Positions 11,988 to 21,209 of a stretch of 64,000 bases of DNA are shown here, piece after piece. A model generated the notes under the pieces. That model was given only the letters and a program-made list of their open reading frames with translations, did not search any database and was not told the origin of the DNA. Every line of letters starts with the position of its first letter. The first letter of the stretch is position 1. The position numbers and the translations under genes were made by a program. Source of the DNA: Marinilabiliaceae bacterium (lineage in GTDB: Bacteria > Bacteroidota > Bacteroidia > Bacteroidales > Marinilabiliaceae); assembly GCA_051875415.1 (NCBI GenBank), contig JBJEGU010000047.1, forward strand, positions 48,689 through 112,688. The letters run 5' to 3'.

Positions 11988-12851
11988 ATGTTACGTATCG
12001 CCGTACAAACCAAGGGCCGCCTCTTCGAGGAGACCATGACAATGCTCGCCGAGAGCAGCATCAAGATTGAGCAGTCGAAGCGCACGCTGCTCGTCCCCGC
12101 GAAGAACTTCCCCGTCGAGATCCTCTACCTGCGCGACGACGATATTCCTCAGGCCGTGGCAAGCGGCATAGCCGATGTCGGCATAGTGGGTGAGAACGAG
12201 TTCGAGGAGAGGCAGGAGGACGCCGAGATTGTCCGCCGTCTCGACTTCAGCAAGTGCCGCCTCTCGCTCGCCATCCCCAAGGCCAAGCAGCCCGAGTATG
12301 ACCGCGATGGCCTCAAGTGGTTCAACGGCAAGAAGATCGCAACCTCCTACCCCGGCATCCTCAAGCGTTTCCTCGCCGCGAACGGCATCAAGGCCGACGT
12401 CCACGTCATCACCGGCTCCGTGGAGATCGCGCCGGGCATCGGGCTTGCCGACTCCATCTTCGACATCGTCAGCTCGGGCTCAACCCTCGTCTCGAACAAC
12501 CTTGTCGAGGTCGAGGTCGTCATGAAGTCCGAGGCCGTCCTCATCGGCAATAAGAACCTGACCATCGAGAAGAAGGAGATCCTTGGCGAGCTCCTTTTCC
12601 GCTTCGACTCATACAAGAACGCCGAGGGCAAGAAATATATAGTCCTCAATGTCAAGACGGAGCGCATCCCCGAGGTGTGCGACCTCCTGCCGGGCCTCAA
12701 GGCCCCAACCATCACCAAGCTCGAGACCGAGGGCTGGAGCTCCGTGGCCTCCGTCATCGAGGAGAAGCACTTCTGGGAGGTCATCGGCAAGCTCAAGCAG
12801 CTCGGCGCGGAGGGTATCCTCGTCATGCCTATCGAGAAAATGATTCTTTAA
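11988..12851 (+). CDS. hisG: ATP phosphoribosyltransferase (long form)
   Basis: Internal ATG of track ORF 11859..12851. MLRIAVQTKGRLFEE is the usual HisG N-terminus. 287 aa. Confidence 0.93.
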   Translation: MLRIAVQTKGRLFEETMTMLAESSIKIEQSKRTLLVPAKNFPVEILYLRDDDIPQAVASGIADVGIVGENEFEERQEDAEIVRRLDFSKCRLSLAIPKAKQPEYDRDGLKWFNGKKIATSYPGILKRFLAANGIKADVHVITGSVEIAPGIGLADSIFDIVSSGSTLVSNNLVEVEVVMKSEAVLIGNKNLTIEKKEILGELLFRFDSYKNAEGKKYIVLNVKTERIPEVCDLLPGLKAPTITKLETEGWSSVASVIEEKHFWEVIGKLKQLGAEGILVMPIEKMIL

Positions 12852-12866
12852 GGGGAGGACGACACG

Positions 12867-14165
12867 ATGGAGATTGTACGCTATCCGGACAAGGCGCGCT
12901 GGGATGAGATTCTCAGCCGCCCGCATTTCGACCACAGCAGCCTCACGGCCACGGTGGGCGCGGTCATCGACGACGTGCGCAAGCGCGGCGACGAGGCCGT
13001 GAAGGACTACGAGGCCAAGTTCGACCACGCCCAGCTCGCCTCCCTGCTCGTCACCGACGAGGAGTTCGAGGCCGCCAAGAGGCAGGTCGACGAGGACCTC
13101 CGAAAGGCCATCCTCACCGCCGCCAAGAACATCACGATGTTCCACCAGGCGCAGGACCAGCCGCTGCCGAGCGTCGAGACCATGCCGGGCGTCCGCTGCT
13201 GGCAGAAGGCCGTGCCTATCGACAGGGTGGGCCTCTACGTGCCGGGCGGCACGGCCCCCCTCTTCTCCACGGTGCTCATGCTGGCCCTGCCGGCCGCCAT
13301 AGCCGGTTGCCGCGAGGTGGTCATGTGCACGCCGCCAAGGGCCGACGGCACTGTCAACCCCGTGGTGGCTTTCGCCGCCAAGGTGGCGGGCGTGTCAAAG
13401 CTCTTCAAGATTGGCGGCGTGCAGGCCATAGCCGCCATGGCCTACGGCACTGAGTCAGTGCCAAGGGTCTACAAGATTTTCGGGCCGGGCAACCAGTTCG
13501 TCACTTGCGCCAAGCAGATGGTGAGCCTCGGGCAGGTGGCCATCGACATGCCGGCCGGCCCCTCGGAGGTCGAGGTGATAGCCGACGAGACGGCCAACCC
13601 CCGCTTCGTAGCGGCCGACCTCCTGAGCCAGGCCGAGCACGGCGCCGACAGCCAGGCCCTGCTCATAACATCATGCCCCGACCTCGCCGAGCAGGTGAAC
13701 GCCGAGGTCGAGAGGCAGCTCGATGAGCTGAGCCGACGCGAGCTGACTGCCAAGAGCCTGTCCCACTCCAAGATAATCGTCGTCCGCGACATCGACGAGG
13801 TGGTCGACCTCACCAACGAGTACGCGCCCGAGCATCTCATCATCCAGACCGAGAACCCGCGCGACTTCGCCGACAAGATCCGCAACGCCGGCTCCATATT
13901 CCTCGGCCACTATACGCCCGAGAGCGCGGGCGACTACGCCAGCGGCACCAATCATACGCTGCCCACCAGCGGCTACGCCCACGCCTACAGCGGCGTCAAC
14001 CTCGACAGCTTCCGCAAGAAGATGACCTACCAGGAGATCACCCCCGAGGGCGTAAGGCAAATCGCCCACACGGTCGAGGTCATGGCCCGCAACGAGCAGC
14101 TCACGGCCCACGAGGCCGCTATGCGCTTCCGCCGCGAGGCCGTAGAGGCGAAGGACGGCGAGTAG
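12867..14165 (+). CDS. hisD: histidinol dehydrogenase
   Basis: 432 aa. HisD signatures include AGPSEV, QAEH and EHL. Confidence 0.95.
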   Translation: MEIVRYPDKARWDEILSRPHFDHSSLTATVGAVIDDVRKRGDEAVKDYEAKFDHAQLASLLVTDEEFEAAKRQVDEDLRKAILTAAKNITMFHQAQDQPLPSVETMPGVRCWQKAVPIDRVGLYVPGGTAPLFSTVLMLALPAAIAGCREVVMCTPPRADGTVNPVVAFAAKVAGVSKLFKIGGVQAIAAMAYGTESVPRVYKIFGPGNQFVTCAKQMVSLGQVAIDMPAGPSEVEVIADETANPRFVAADLLSQAEHGADSQALLITSCPDLAEQVNAEVERQLDELSRRELTAKSLSHSKIIVVRDIDEVVDLTNEYAPEHLIIQTENPRDFADKIRNAGSIFLGHYTPESAGDYASGTNHTLPTSGYAHAYSGVNLDSFRKKMTYQEITPEGVRQIAHTVEVMARNEQLTAHEAAMRFRREAVEAKDGE

Positions 14166-14217
14166 GGCGGCAGCCCTAAAAATCAGTATAACAAAAACCT
14201 GTCATAAGCTAACGCGG

Positions 14218-15276
14218 ATGCAAAACGTCAACATAGCGGACCTTGTCCGCCCTAACATAAGGGCGCTCGAACCTTACTCCTGCGCACGCAGCGAGTTCAA
14301 GGGCGAGGCCCAAATCTTCCTCGACGCCAATGAGAGCCCCTACGGGGTCTACAACAGGTATCCCGACCCGCTCCAGGTCAAGGTTAAGGAGAAAATCGCC
14401 AAGAAAAAGGGTGTGCGCCCCGAGCAGATAATGCTAGGCAACGGCTCCGACGAGCCCATCGACCTCATTTACCGAATCTTCTGCCGCCCGGGGGTGGACA
14501 ACGCCGTGGCCATGAGCCCGACATACGGCATGTACAAGGTGGCGGCCGACATCAACGACGTCGAGTACCGCGAGGCGATGCTCGTGGAGGAGACTTTCGA
14601 GCTCCTGCCCGAGCGTATGCTCGCCCTGGCCGACGAGAACACCAAGGTCATGTGGGTGTGCTCGCCCAACAACCCGACGGGCAACCTCATCGCGCCCGAG
14701 GCCATAGAGACCCTTCTTGACAAGTTCGGCGGGATTCTCGTGGTCGACGAGGCGTATATCGACTTCTCGTCGAAACCCAGCTGGCTCCGGAGGCTCGACG
14801 AGTTCCCGAGGCTCATTGTCCTCCAGACCTTCTCCAAGGCGTGGGGGCTGGCGGGCGTCAGATGCGGAATGGCCTTCGCGAGCGAGGAGATAATATCCAT
14901 CTTCAACAAGGTCAAGTACCCCTACAATGTCAACATCCTCACTCAGAACGCCGTGAGCAAGGCCCTGGACAATGAGTGGGATTCGCTTGGTCACGCTGGC
15001 TTCCTCGTCCAGGAGCGCAAGCGGCTTGAGGAGTGCCTCTCGCGCTTGCCCATCGTCGAGCGCGTCTACCCGTCGGATGCCAACTTCCTGCTCGTCAAGG
15101 TCAAGGACGCCGACGCCACATACGCCGCCCTGCTCGAAAAGGGCATGGTGACGCGCAACCGCAACAAGGTCAAGCTATGCCACGGATGCCTCCGCATAAC
15201 CGTCGGCAACGACAACGAGAACGACGCCATCATATGCGACCTCCTCGTGGTCGGTCACAAGGATGACTTAATCTGA
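14218..15276 (+). CDS. hisC: histidinol-phosphate aminotransferase
   Basis: 352 aa class II aminotransferase. PLP-Lys context TFSKAWGLAG. Lies in the his operon. Confidence 0.93.
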   Translation: MQNVNIADLVRPNIRALEPYSCARSEFKGEAQIFLDANESPYGVYNRYPDPLQVKVKEKIAKKKGVRPEQIMLGNGSDEPIDLIYRIFCRPGVDNAVAMSPTYGMYKVAADINDVEYREAMLVEETFELLPERMLALADENTKVMWVCSPNNPTGNLIAPEAIETLLDKFGGILVVDEAYIDFSSKPSWLRRLDEFPRLIVLQTFSKAWGLAGVRCGMAFASEEIISIFNKVKYPYNVNILTQNAVSKALDNEWDSLGHAGFLVQERKRLEECLSRLPIVERVYPSDANFLLVKVKDADATYAALLEKGMVTRNRNKVKLCHGCLRITVGNDNENDAIICDLLVVGHKDDLI

Positions 15277-15293
15277 CGTAGATAGCAAAAAAA

Positions 15294-16445
15294 ATGCGAC
15301 GCATACTTTTCATCGACCGCGACGGCACGCTCGTCAAGGAGCCCCCGACAGAGGAGCTCCGCTCGCTCTCCGACGTGGAGTTCGTGCCAGGCTCCATCCG
15401 CTGCCTGAGCTTCCTCCGCCGGCACACCGATTTCGAGTTCGCCCTCGTCTCCAATCAGGACGGGCTGGGCTCTGACGCCTACCCCGAGAGCCTTTTCCGC
15501 CCCCTCCATGGCTTCATTATGAAGACTTTCGCCGACCAGGGCGTGCCCTTCGACGCCGAGTTCATCGACTGCCACAGCCCGGCGGACAACCACCCCAACC
15601 GCAAGCCCGGCACGGGCATGCTCACGGCCTACATAGAGGCTGCGCGGGCGGGCGAGGTGGACCTCGCGGCCTCCTACGTCATCGGCGACCGCGAGACCGA
15701 CGCCCAGCTGGCGCGCAACCTCGGCTGCAAGGCCGTCATCCTGGCCAACCCGGCCGTGACGAGCCTCGACCCCTCCAACAGCTTCTCGGCTCGCCCCGGG
15801 CAGGCCGACGACAACATAGCCTACGTCTCCTCGTGGGACGAGGCGGCGGAGATAATCTACGGCGGCCGGCGCATAGGCGAGGTTCGACGCACGACTAAAG
15901 AGACCGACATATATGTCCGCCTCGACCTCGACGGCACGGGCAAGTGCGACATCCAGACGGGTCTCGGGTTCTTCGACCATATGCTTGAGCAGATTGGCAA
16001 GCACTCGTCGTCCGACCTGACGGTCAAGGTCAAGGGCGACCTCTATGTCGATGAGCATCACACCATTGAGGACACCGCCCTTGCTCTGGGCGAGGCCATC
16101 CGCAAGGCCCTTGGCGACAAGAGGGGCATAGGCCGCTACGGCTTCTGCCTGCCCATGGACGACTGCCTCTGCCAGGTGGCTATCGACTTTGGCGGACGCC
16201 CGTGGCTCGTCTTCGACGCCGAGTTCCACCGCGAGAAGATTGGCGAGATGCCCACCGAGATGTTCCTCCACTTCTTCAAGAGCCTCTCCGACGCGGCCAT
16301 GATGAACCTCAACATCAAGGCCGAGGGCCAGAACGAGCACCACAAGATCGAGGGCATCTTCAAGGCTCTCGCCCGCTCTATTAAGATGGCCAAGGCCCGC
16401 GACATCGAGAATTTCCAGTTGCCCAGCACCAAGGGCGCGCTCTGA
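15294..16445 (+). CDS. hisB: bifunctional histidinol-phosphatase / imidazoleglycerol-phosphate dehydratase
   Basis: 383 aa. N-terminal HAD motif FIDRDGTL followed by a C-terminal IGPD domain ([27 protein letters not shown]). Confidence 0.95.
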   Translation: MRRILFIDRDGTLVKEPPTEELRSLSDVEFVPGSIRCLSFLRRHTDFEFALVSNQDGLGSDAYPESLFRPLHGFIMKTFADQGVPFDAEFIDCHSPADNHPNRKPGTGMLTAYIEAARAGEVDLAASYVIGDRETDAQLARNLGCKAVILANPAVTSLDPSNSFSARPGQADDNIAYVSSWDEAAEIIYGGRRIGEVRRTTKETDIYVRLDLDGTGKCDIQTGLGFFDHMLEQIGKHSSSDLTVKVKGDLYVDEHHTIEDTALALGEAIRKALGDKRGIGRYGFCLPMDDCLCQVAIDFGGRPWLVFDAEFHREKIGEMPTEMFLHFFKSLSDAAMMNLNIKAEGQNEHHKIEGIFKALARSIKMAKARDIENFQLPSTKGAL

Positions 16446-16460
16446 CAAACCTGCCATCCT

Positions 16461-17246
16461 ATGAGCATTATCCACTTCAATGAGCTGCGCTCCACGAGCG
16501 ATGAGCTGCGCCGGATGGCCGACGAGGGGCGAGCGCTTGAGCCTTTCGACGCCATACGGGCCGACTTCCAGACGGCGGGCCGGGGCCAGGTGGGCAACGC
16601 GTGGGAGAGCGAGAGGGGGCGCAACCTGCTCATCTCGGTCTACGCCCGCCCCAGGGGTGTCGACGTGGCGCGGCAGTTCGTGGTCTCCATGGCCGTGTCG
16701 ATAGCTGTGGCCGAGACTGCCGCCGCCCTCCTGCCCGCCGATGTCCGCGGCAGGGTGAGGATAAAGTGGCCCAACGACATCTACGTTGGCGACCGTAAGC
16801 TGGCGGGCATCCTTGTCGAGAACCGCCTCAGCGGGCGGCTGATAGGCGACACCATCATCGGTGTGGGTCTCAACCTCAACCAGGAGGTCTTCCGCTCCCC
16901 GGCTCCCAACCCCGTGTCGGTCAAGAACCTGGCAGCCGTCGAGAGCGACGTGGAGGCTGTGGCCGAGGCTCTTGTGCGCGCGTTGCGGATTCGCCTTGCC
17001 ACGGCCGACGACGGTGACGATGCCGAGCTGCTGCGCCTCTATTGGGGCAGCCTCTACAGGGCCGACGGCGCGCCCCACCCCTTTGCCGACGCCCGGGGCC
17101 GTTTCTGCGCGCGCATTGCAGCCGTGATGCCCGACGGGCGGATGGAGCTTGTCACGACTGATGGTCAGAGGCGGAGCTACCTGTTCAAGGAGGTGGAGCA
17201 TGTCATCGCCTTGCCGGGCGGTGGCGAGATAACGCCAAACCTCTGA
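16461..17246 (+). CDS. birA: biotin--[acetyl-CoA-carboxylase] ligase (no N-terminal HTH)
   Basis: GRGQVGNAWES biotin-binding loop and KWPNDIY motif. 261 aa. Starts 15 nt after hisB. Confidence 0.85.
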   Translation: MSIIHFNELRSTSDELRRMADEGRALEPFDAIRADFQTAGRGQVGNAWESERGRNLLISVYARPRGVDVARQFVVSMAVSIAVAETAAALLPADVRGRVRIKWPNDIYVGDRKLAGILVENRLSGRLIGDTIIGVGLNLNQEVFRSPAPNPVSVKNLAAVESDVEAVAEALVRALRIRLATADDGDDAELLRLYWGSLYRADGAPHPFADARGRFCARIAAVMPDGRMELVTTDGQRRSYLFKEVEHVIALPGGGEITPNL

Positions 17247-17303
17247 CAAATAGGCTGTGGCGTGGTCGCCATCCGCGCTTTAGTTGAAAAAAAGACTAAC
17301 TTC

Positions 17304-17347
17304 GCGTGCGTCGCCGCCCGTGTGGGCTGGTGGCGCACGTTTTTTCT
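17304..17347 (+). terminator. intrinsic terminator after birA
   Basis: CGTGCG...CGCACG closes a GC-rich hairpin and is followed by TTTTTTC. Confidence 0.5.
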
Positions 17348-17377
17348 CTGTCTCTCACAAGAAAAAGTCTTTTCGCA

Positions 17378-17587
17378 ATGGCAAAGGTTTTCCTGGCGGT
17401 TCTCGTACTCCTCGCGGCGGGGATGGCCCTCTTCTGCATCAACATACTGCTCCGCAAGGGCGGCACGTTCCGCTCGCAGGATGTCGGGGCGAGCAAGGCC
17501 ATGCGCGACAGGGGTATCCAATGCGCGCGTACGCAGGACAGGCTCGCCCAGAAGGACAAGGGCAGCATTGCCGACATGATGAAATAA
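17378..17587 (+). CDS. small (69 aa) single-TM hypothetical protein
   Basis: Internal ATG of track ORF 17306..17587. MAKVFLAVLVLLAAGMALFCINILL is the TM helix, followed by a basic soluble tail. A terminator lies upstream. No family recognised. Confidence 0.4.
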   Translation: MAKVFLAVLVLLAAGMALFCINILLRKGGTFRSQDVGASKAMRDRGIQCARTQDRLAQKDKGSIADMMK

Positions 17588-17637
17588 GCAGCGGGCGGCA
17601 TCCCACCCCCGCCGACACGCAAAACAGAAAACTCCCG

Positions 17638-19299
17638 ATGGCTCCAAACAGACAACCGTCCACGGCTTCCGACGCCCCATTCTACGAGCGGCATTCCGAC
17701 CTCATAGCCTACGCCATTGTGGCCCTCACCGCCATCATGGCGCTCCTCCTCTTTAGCGTGAGGATGAACGAGGGCGGCGACGACAGCGGATATATCTGCA
17801 AGGCCGCAGATTTCGTCGAACGCGGCAAATACCCCAATTTTCAGGGTCCCCTCTACCCCATCTTCCTCTCATTCTTCGTCTTCATAGCCGGCGGCATCAA
17901 CTTGCTGCTGCTCAAGCTCACGAGCCTCGTGCTGATTGTGGCAGGGCAGCTGGCCACGTGGTTCGCGCTCCGCCGCCACGTCTCGCGCCCGCTGCTCCTC
18001 TCGGTGCTGCTCCTCATGGCGTGCAACCTGTGGTTCGTGCAGTACGGCAGCCTTACCTACTCCGAACCCCTCTTCCTTGTCATAGCGTGGCTCTTCGTCT
18101 ACGCCGTGTTGAGGCTCGACTCCGTTGAGGGCGGGTGGAAGAAGGTTGCCCTATGGGCGTTGGCTGCGGGCTTCGTCGTCGTCATGGCCTATCTTGTCCG
18201 CACCGTGGGCCTGGGCCTGGGCCTGGCGGGGCTGGCCTTCCTGCTCGTGAGGCGGCGGTGGGCCAAGGCCGGCTCTTTGGCCGGTGGCGTGGCCCTCTTC
18301 CTCGTCGTCTGGATGGGCGTGAAGGCTGTGGCCTGGCCTGGCCTAAAGGCCGACACTCATCAGCTTCAGACTCTCTTGCAGGTCGACCCCTACGACCCCT
18401 CCAAGGGGCTTGAGACCCCCAAGGGCTACGTGGAGCGGTTCGCGGGCAACTCGAACAAGTACATTTCAAAGCATTACGCTAAGATGCTCGGCTTCCGCGA
18501 CACCCAGAGCCGCGAGACGAGCCCCCTTGTGACGGTGGTCTTCTACGCCATCTTCCTCTGGGGGACGTACGCCGCCTTCCGTCGCGGCGACAGGGCGGTG
18601 CAGCTTGTGGCCGTCACGTGCATAGTCATGCTCGGCATCACCTTCTGCTCGCTTCAGGTGCTGTGGGACCAGTACCGGCTCATCCTGCCCTTCGTGGCAA
18701 TGATGCACGTCGTGCTGCTCTACTCGTTGGCTGACATCCTGCGCCGCGTGGCGGGCGGGCGGACGCGACTGGCCCTCGGCTCGGCTGTCGCGCTCAGTTG
18801 CTTCGTCCTCTTCGTCAAGGAGGCCCGGACGTGCGATTTCGCCACCTTGCGCAAGAACCTGACCTCCGACCCCCTCTACGGCTATACGCCCGACTGGTAC
18901 AACTATCTCACCCTCTGCCGTGAGGTGGGTCGCCAGCTGCCGGGCGACGATGCCTACGTGGCGTGCCGTAAGCCCGACTTGGCGCGCATATATGCCGGCG
19001 GCAAGCGTTTCTACGGCATATACAACATCCCGAGTGACGACCCCGACGAGCTTGTCGCCATCCTCAAGAAGAACAACGTCACCCACGCCATCGTCGCCAG
19101 CCTCAGGCGCGACCCCGCCCAGGCCGGCCTTGGCGTCATCAACACCATGCATCGCTACTTGGCGTGCATCTTGAACGCGTATCCACACTTCGTGGAGCAG
19201 ATCGCCCAAGTGGGCGGGCAGGACGAGGAGCCGGCGGGTCTCTACGTCCTCCACTACGAGAATGCCGACCCGGCGAAGAAAGTAAACCAGGGGAAATGA
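17638..19299 (+). CDS. GT-C fold membrane glycosyltransferase (ArnT / PMT_2 / GT39-like)
   Basis: Internal ATG of track ORF 17284..19299. About 10 predicted TM helices. First-loop acidic motif NEGGDDSGYI after TM1. Soluble C-terminal domain of about 190 aa. Confidence 0.7.
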   Translation: MAPNRQPSTASDAPFYERHSDLIAYAIVALTAIMALLLFSVRMNEGGDDSGYICKAADFVERGKYPNFQGPLYPIFLSFFVFIAGGINLLLLKLTSLVLIVAGQLATWFALRRHVSRPLLLSVLLLMACNLWFVQYGSLTYSEPLFLVIAWLFVYAVLRLDSVEGGWKKVALWALAAGFVVVMAYLVRTVGLGLGLAGLAFLLVRRRWAKAGSLAGGVALFLVVWMGVKAVAWPGLKADTHQLQTLLQVDPYDPSKGLETPKGYVERFAGNSNKYISKHYAKMLGFRDTQSRETSPLVTVVFYAIFLWGTYAAFRRGDRAVQLVAVTCIVMLGITFCSLQVLWDQYRLILPFVAMMHVVLLYSLADILRRVAGGRTRLALGSAVALSCFVLFVKEARTCDFATLRKNLTSDPLYGYTPDWYNYLTLCREVGRQLPGDDAYVACRKPDLARIYAGGKRFYGIYNIPSDDPDELVAILKKNNVTHAIVASLRRDPAQAGLGVINTMHRYLACILNAYPHFVEQIAQVGGQDEEPAGLYVLHYENADPAKKVNQGK

Positions 19300-20723
19300 G
19301 TAAGGCGGACATCAAGTCATATTTCACGAGCCTCGCCCCGTCGTGGGCAAGGTATCGCAGCCACAGGGCCTACTATTGGCGTCAGATTACGAGTTTCGTC
19401 TCGTTCTATATGAACCCGGGGCAGTCTGTGTTGGAGATTGGCTGCGCCGCGGGCGACCTCATAGCGGGTGTGCCGGGCGCGCGGAAGGTGGGCGTCGACT
19501 TCTGCCCCGAGCTCATAGCCCAGGCGCAGGGGGCGCACCCCGATGTGGAGTTCCACGTCATGGATGCGGAGGACCTGACCCTCGACGAGAAGTTCGACGT
19601 CATACTCCTCTCCAACCTCGTCGGATACCTTGACGACGTCGAACTCGTCCTCGACCAAGTGGCGCGCCTTTGCCACAGGCAGACGAGGGTCATCATCACG
19701 AGCTACAACAAGATGTGGGAGCCGCTCATAAGCTTCGCAGAACTCATAGGCATAAAGCGCAAAGGCCCTGAGCAGAACTGGCTCTCGAAGGACGACGTGA
19801 CCAACCTCCTCTCCCTTACGGGCTTCGAGACATACAGGACCAACAGCTGCATGCTCATGCCCTTCAACGTCCCGCTCCTCGCCCCTCTCTTCAACCGGAT
19901 TGTCTCCCACCTGCCCCTCATGGGCTACCTCTCGCTCAACGACTATATTTTCGCCCGCCCCGCGCCTGAGGATATGCAGGCGTCCGACGGGTGGCGGACG
20001 CGCTACTCCGTCTCCGTCGTCATCCCCGCGCGCAACGAGAGCGGCAACATAAGGGCCGCCGTGGAGCGTGTGCCTGACATGGGCTGCCACACCGAGATAA
20101 TATTCGTCGAGGGCAACTCCACCGACGACACTTGGGACGAGATAAACCGTGTCGCGGCCGAATATCAGGGGCGGCGCGACATCAAGGTGGCCCGGCAGGA
20201 TGGCCGTGGCAAGGGCGACGCCGTCCGCAAGGGATACAGCATCGCCACGGGCGACATCCTCATGATTCTCGATGCCGACCTCACCGTCCCGCCCGAGGAC
20301 CTGCCCAAGTTCTACCGCGCCATAGCCACAGGCAGGGGCGAGTTCATCAACGGCGTGAGGCTCGTCTACCCTATGGAGAAGGGCTCCATGCGGATGCTCA
20401 ACACCCTTGGCAACCACTTCTTCAGCTCCCTCTTCTCCTGGATTCTTGAGACCCCCATCAAGGACACCCTGTGCGGCACGAAGGTCATGTTCCGCAAGGA
20501 CTACATCCGTCTGGCCGAAGGACGCTCCTTCTTTGGCGACTTCGACCCCTTTGGCGACTTCGACCTCCTCTTCGGCGCCCACAAGCTCAACCTGCGGATG
20601 GTCGACCTGCCCATACGCTACCGCGAGCGCAAGTATGGCACCACTAACATCTCGCGCTTCCGCCATGGCCTCCTGCTGCTCAAGATGAGCGCCTTCGCTG
20701 CCACGAAAATCAGGTTCCGTTAA
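19296..20723 (+). CDS. fusion of a class I SAM methyltransferase and a family 2 glycosyltransferase (polyprenyl-phosphate sugar synthase-like)
   Basis: The ATG overlaps the upstream stop (ATGA). N-terminal half has MTase motif I VLEIGCAAGDL. C-terminal half has GT2 motifs VVIPARNE, EIIFVEGNSTDDT and ILDADLT. Confidence 0.8.
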   Translation: MSKADIKSYFTSLAPSWARYRSHRAYYWRQITSFVSFYMNPGQSVLEIGCAAGDLIAGVPGARKVGVDFCPELIAQAQGAHPDVEFHVMDAEDLTLDEKFDVILLSNLVGYLDDVELVLDQVARLCHRQTRVIITSYNKMWEPLISFAELIGIKRKGPEQNWLSKDDVTNLLSLTGFETYRTNSCMLMPFNVPLLAPLFNRIVSHLPLMGYLSLNDYIFARPAPEDMQASDGWRTRYSVSVVIPARNESGNIRAAVERVPDMGCHTEIIFVEGNSTDDTWDEINRVAAEYQGRRDIKVARQDGRGKGDAVRKGYSIATGDILMILDADLTVPPEDLPKFYRAIATGRGEFINGVRLVYPMEKGSMRMLNTLGNHFFSSLFSWILETPIKDTLCGTKVMFRKDYIRLAEGRSFFGDFDPFGDFDLLFGAHKLNLRMVDLPIRYRERKYGTTNISRFRHGLLLLKMSAFAATKIRFR

Positions 20724-20744
20724 ATCAACTTACCACTTCCCGAA

Positions 20745-21209
20745 TTGAAAAGGGCTATCTTCCCCGGGTCGTTCGACCCTTTCACTATCGGCCACGAGAG
20801 CATAGTGCTGCGCGGGCTTGACATCTTCGACGAGATTGTAGTCGCCGTGGGCGTCAACGCCGAGAAACGCTGCATGTTCTCGGCCGAGAGGCGTGTCGAG
20901 TTCATCCGCACCGTTTTTGCCGACAGGCCCGAGGTTACCGTGGCCACGTATGAGGGCCTGACGGTCGACTTCGCCAAGGAGGTCGGGTGCAGCCACATCC
21001 TCCGCGGGCTGCGCACCTCGGCCGACTTCGAGTTCGAGAGGGCCATAGCGCAGGTCAACCGCCAGATGACGGGCATCGATACGGCCTTCCTCCTCACGAC
21101 GCCCGAGCACACGCCAATCAACAGCACCATAGTCCGCGACATCCTCCTCCATGGGGGCGACGCGTCGCTCTTCCTGCCCGAGCGGATTAGAAACATGGTC
21201 AAATGGTAA
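20745..21209 (+). CDS. coaD: pantetheine-phosphate adenylyltransferase
   Basis: (M)KRAIFPGSFDPFTIGHESIV. 154 aa. TTG start. Confidence 0.9.
   Translation: MKRAIFPGSFDPFTIGHESIVLRGLDIFDEIVVAVGVNAEKRCMFSAERRVEFIRTVFADRPEVTVATYEGLTVDFAKEVGCSHILRGLRTSADFEFERAIAQVNRQMTGIDTAFLLTTPEHTPINSTIVRDILLHGGDASLFLPERIRNMVKW

Noticed and set aside
15255-17249. 664-aa ORF on the minus strand
   Set aside because: It is fully antisense to hisB and birA, which have unambiguous motifs. The composition is Gly/Arg/Ala/Val-rich with no recognisable domain. This is the typical shadow ORF of a ~60% GC genome.
17284-17637. 5' extensions of track ORFs. Affected ORFs are 17284 (GT-C), 19164 (MT::GT2), 11859 (hisG), 7613 (rpsB), 24002 (YD protein), 28405 (argC), 45069 (porV), 46808 (gldJ), 49430 (mtaB) and 40870 (CBS protein).
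   Set aside because: The extensions overlap upstream genes or terminators, or encode Arg/Pro/Gly-rich junk. Internal ATGs give canonical N-termini or signal peptides, so I trimmed the starts.
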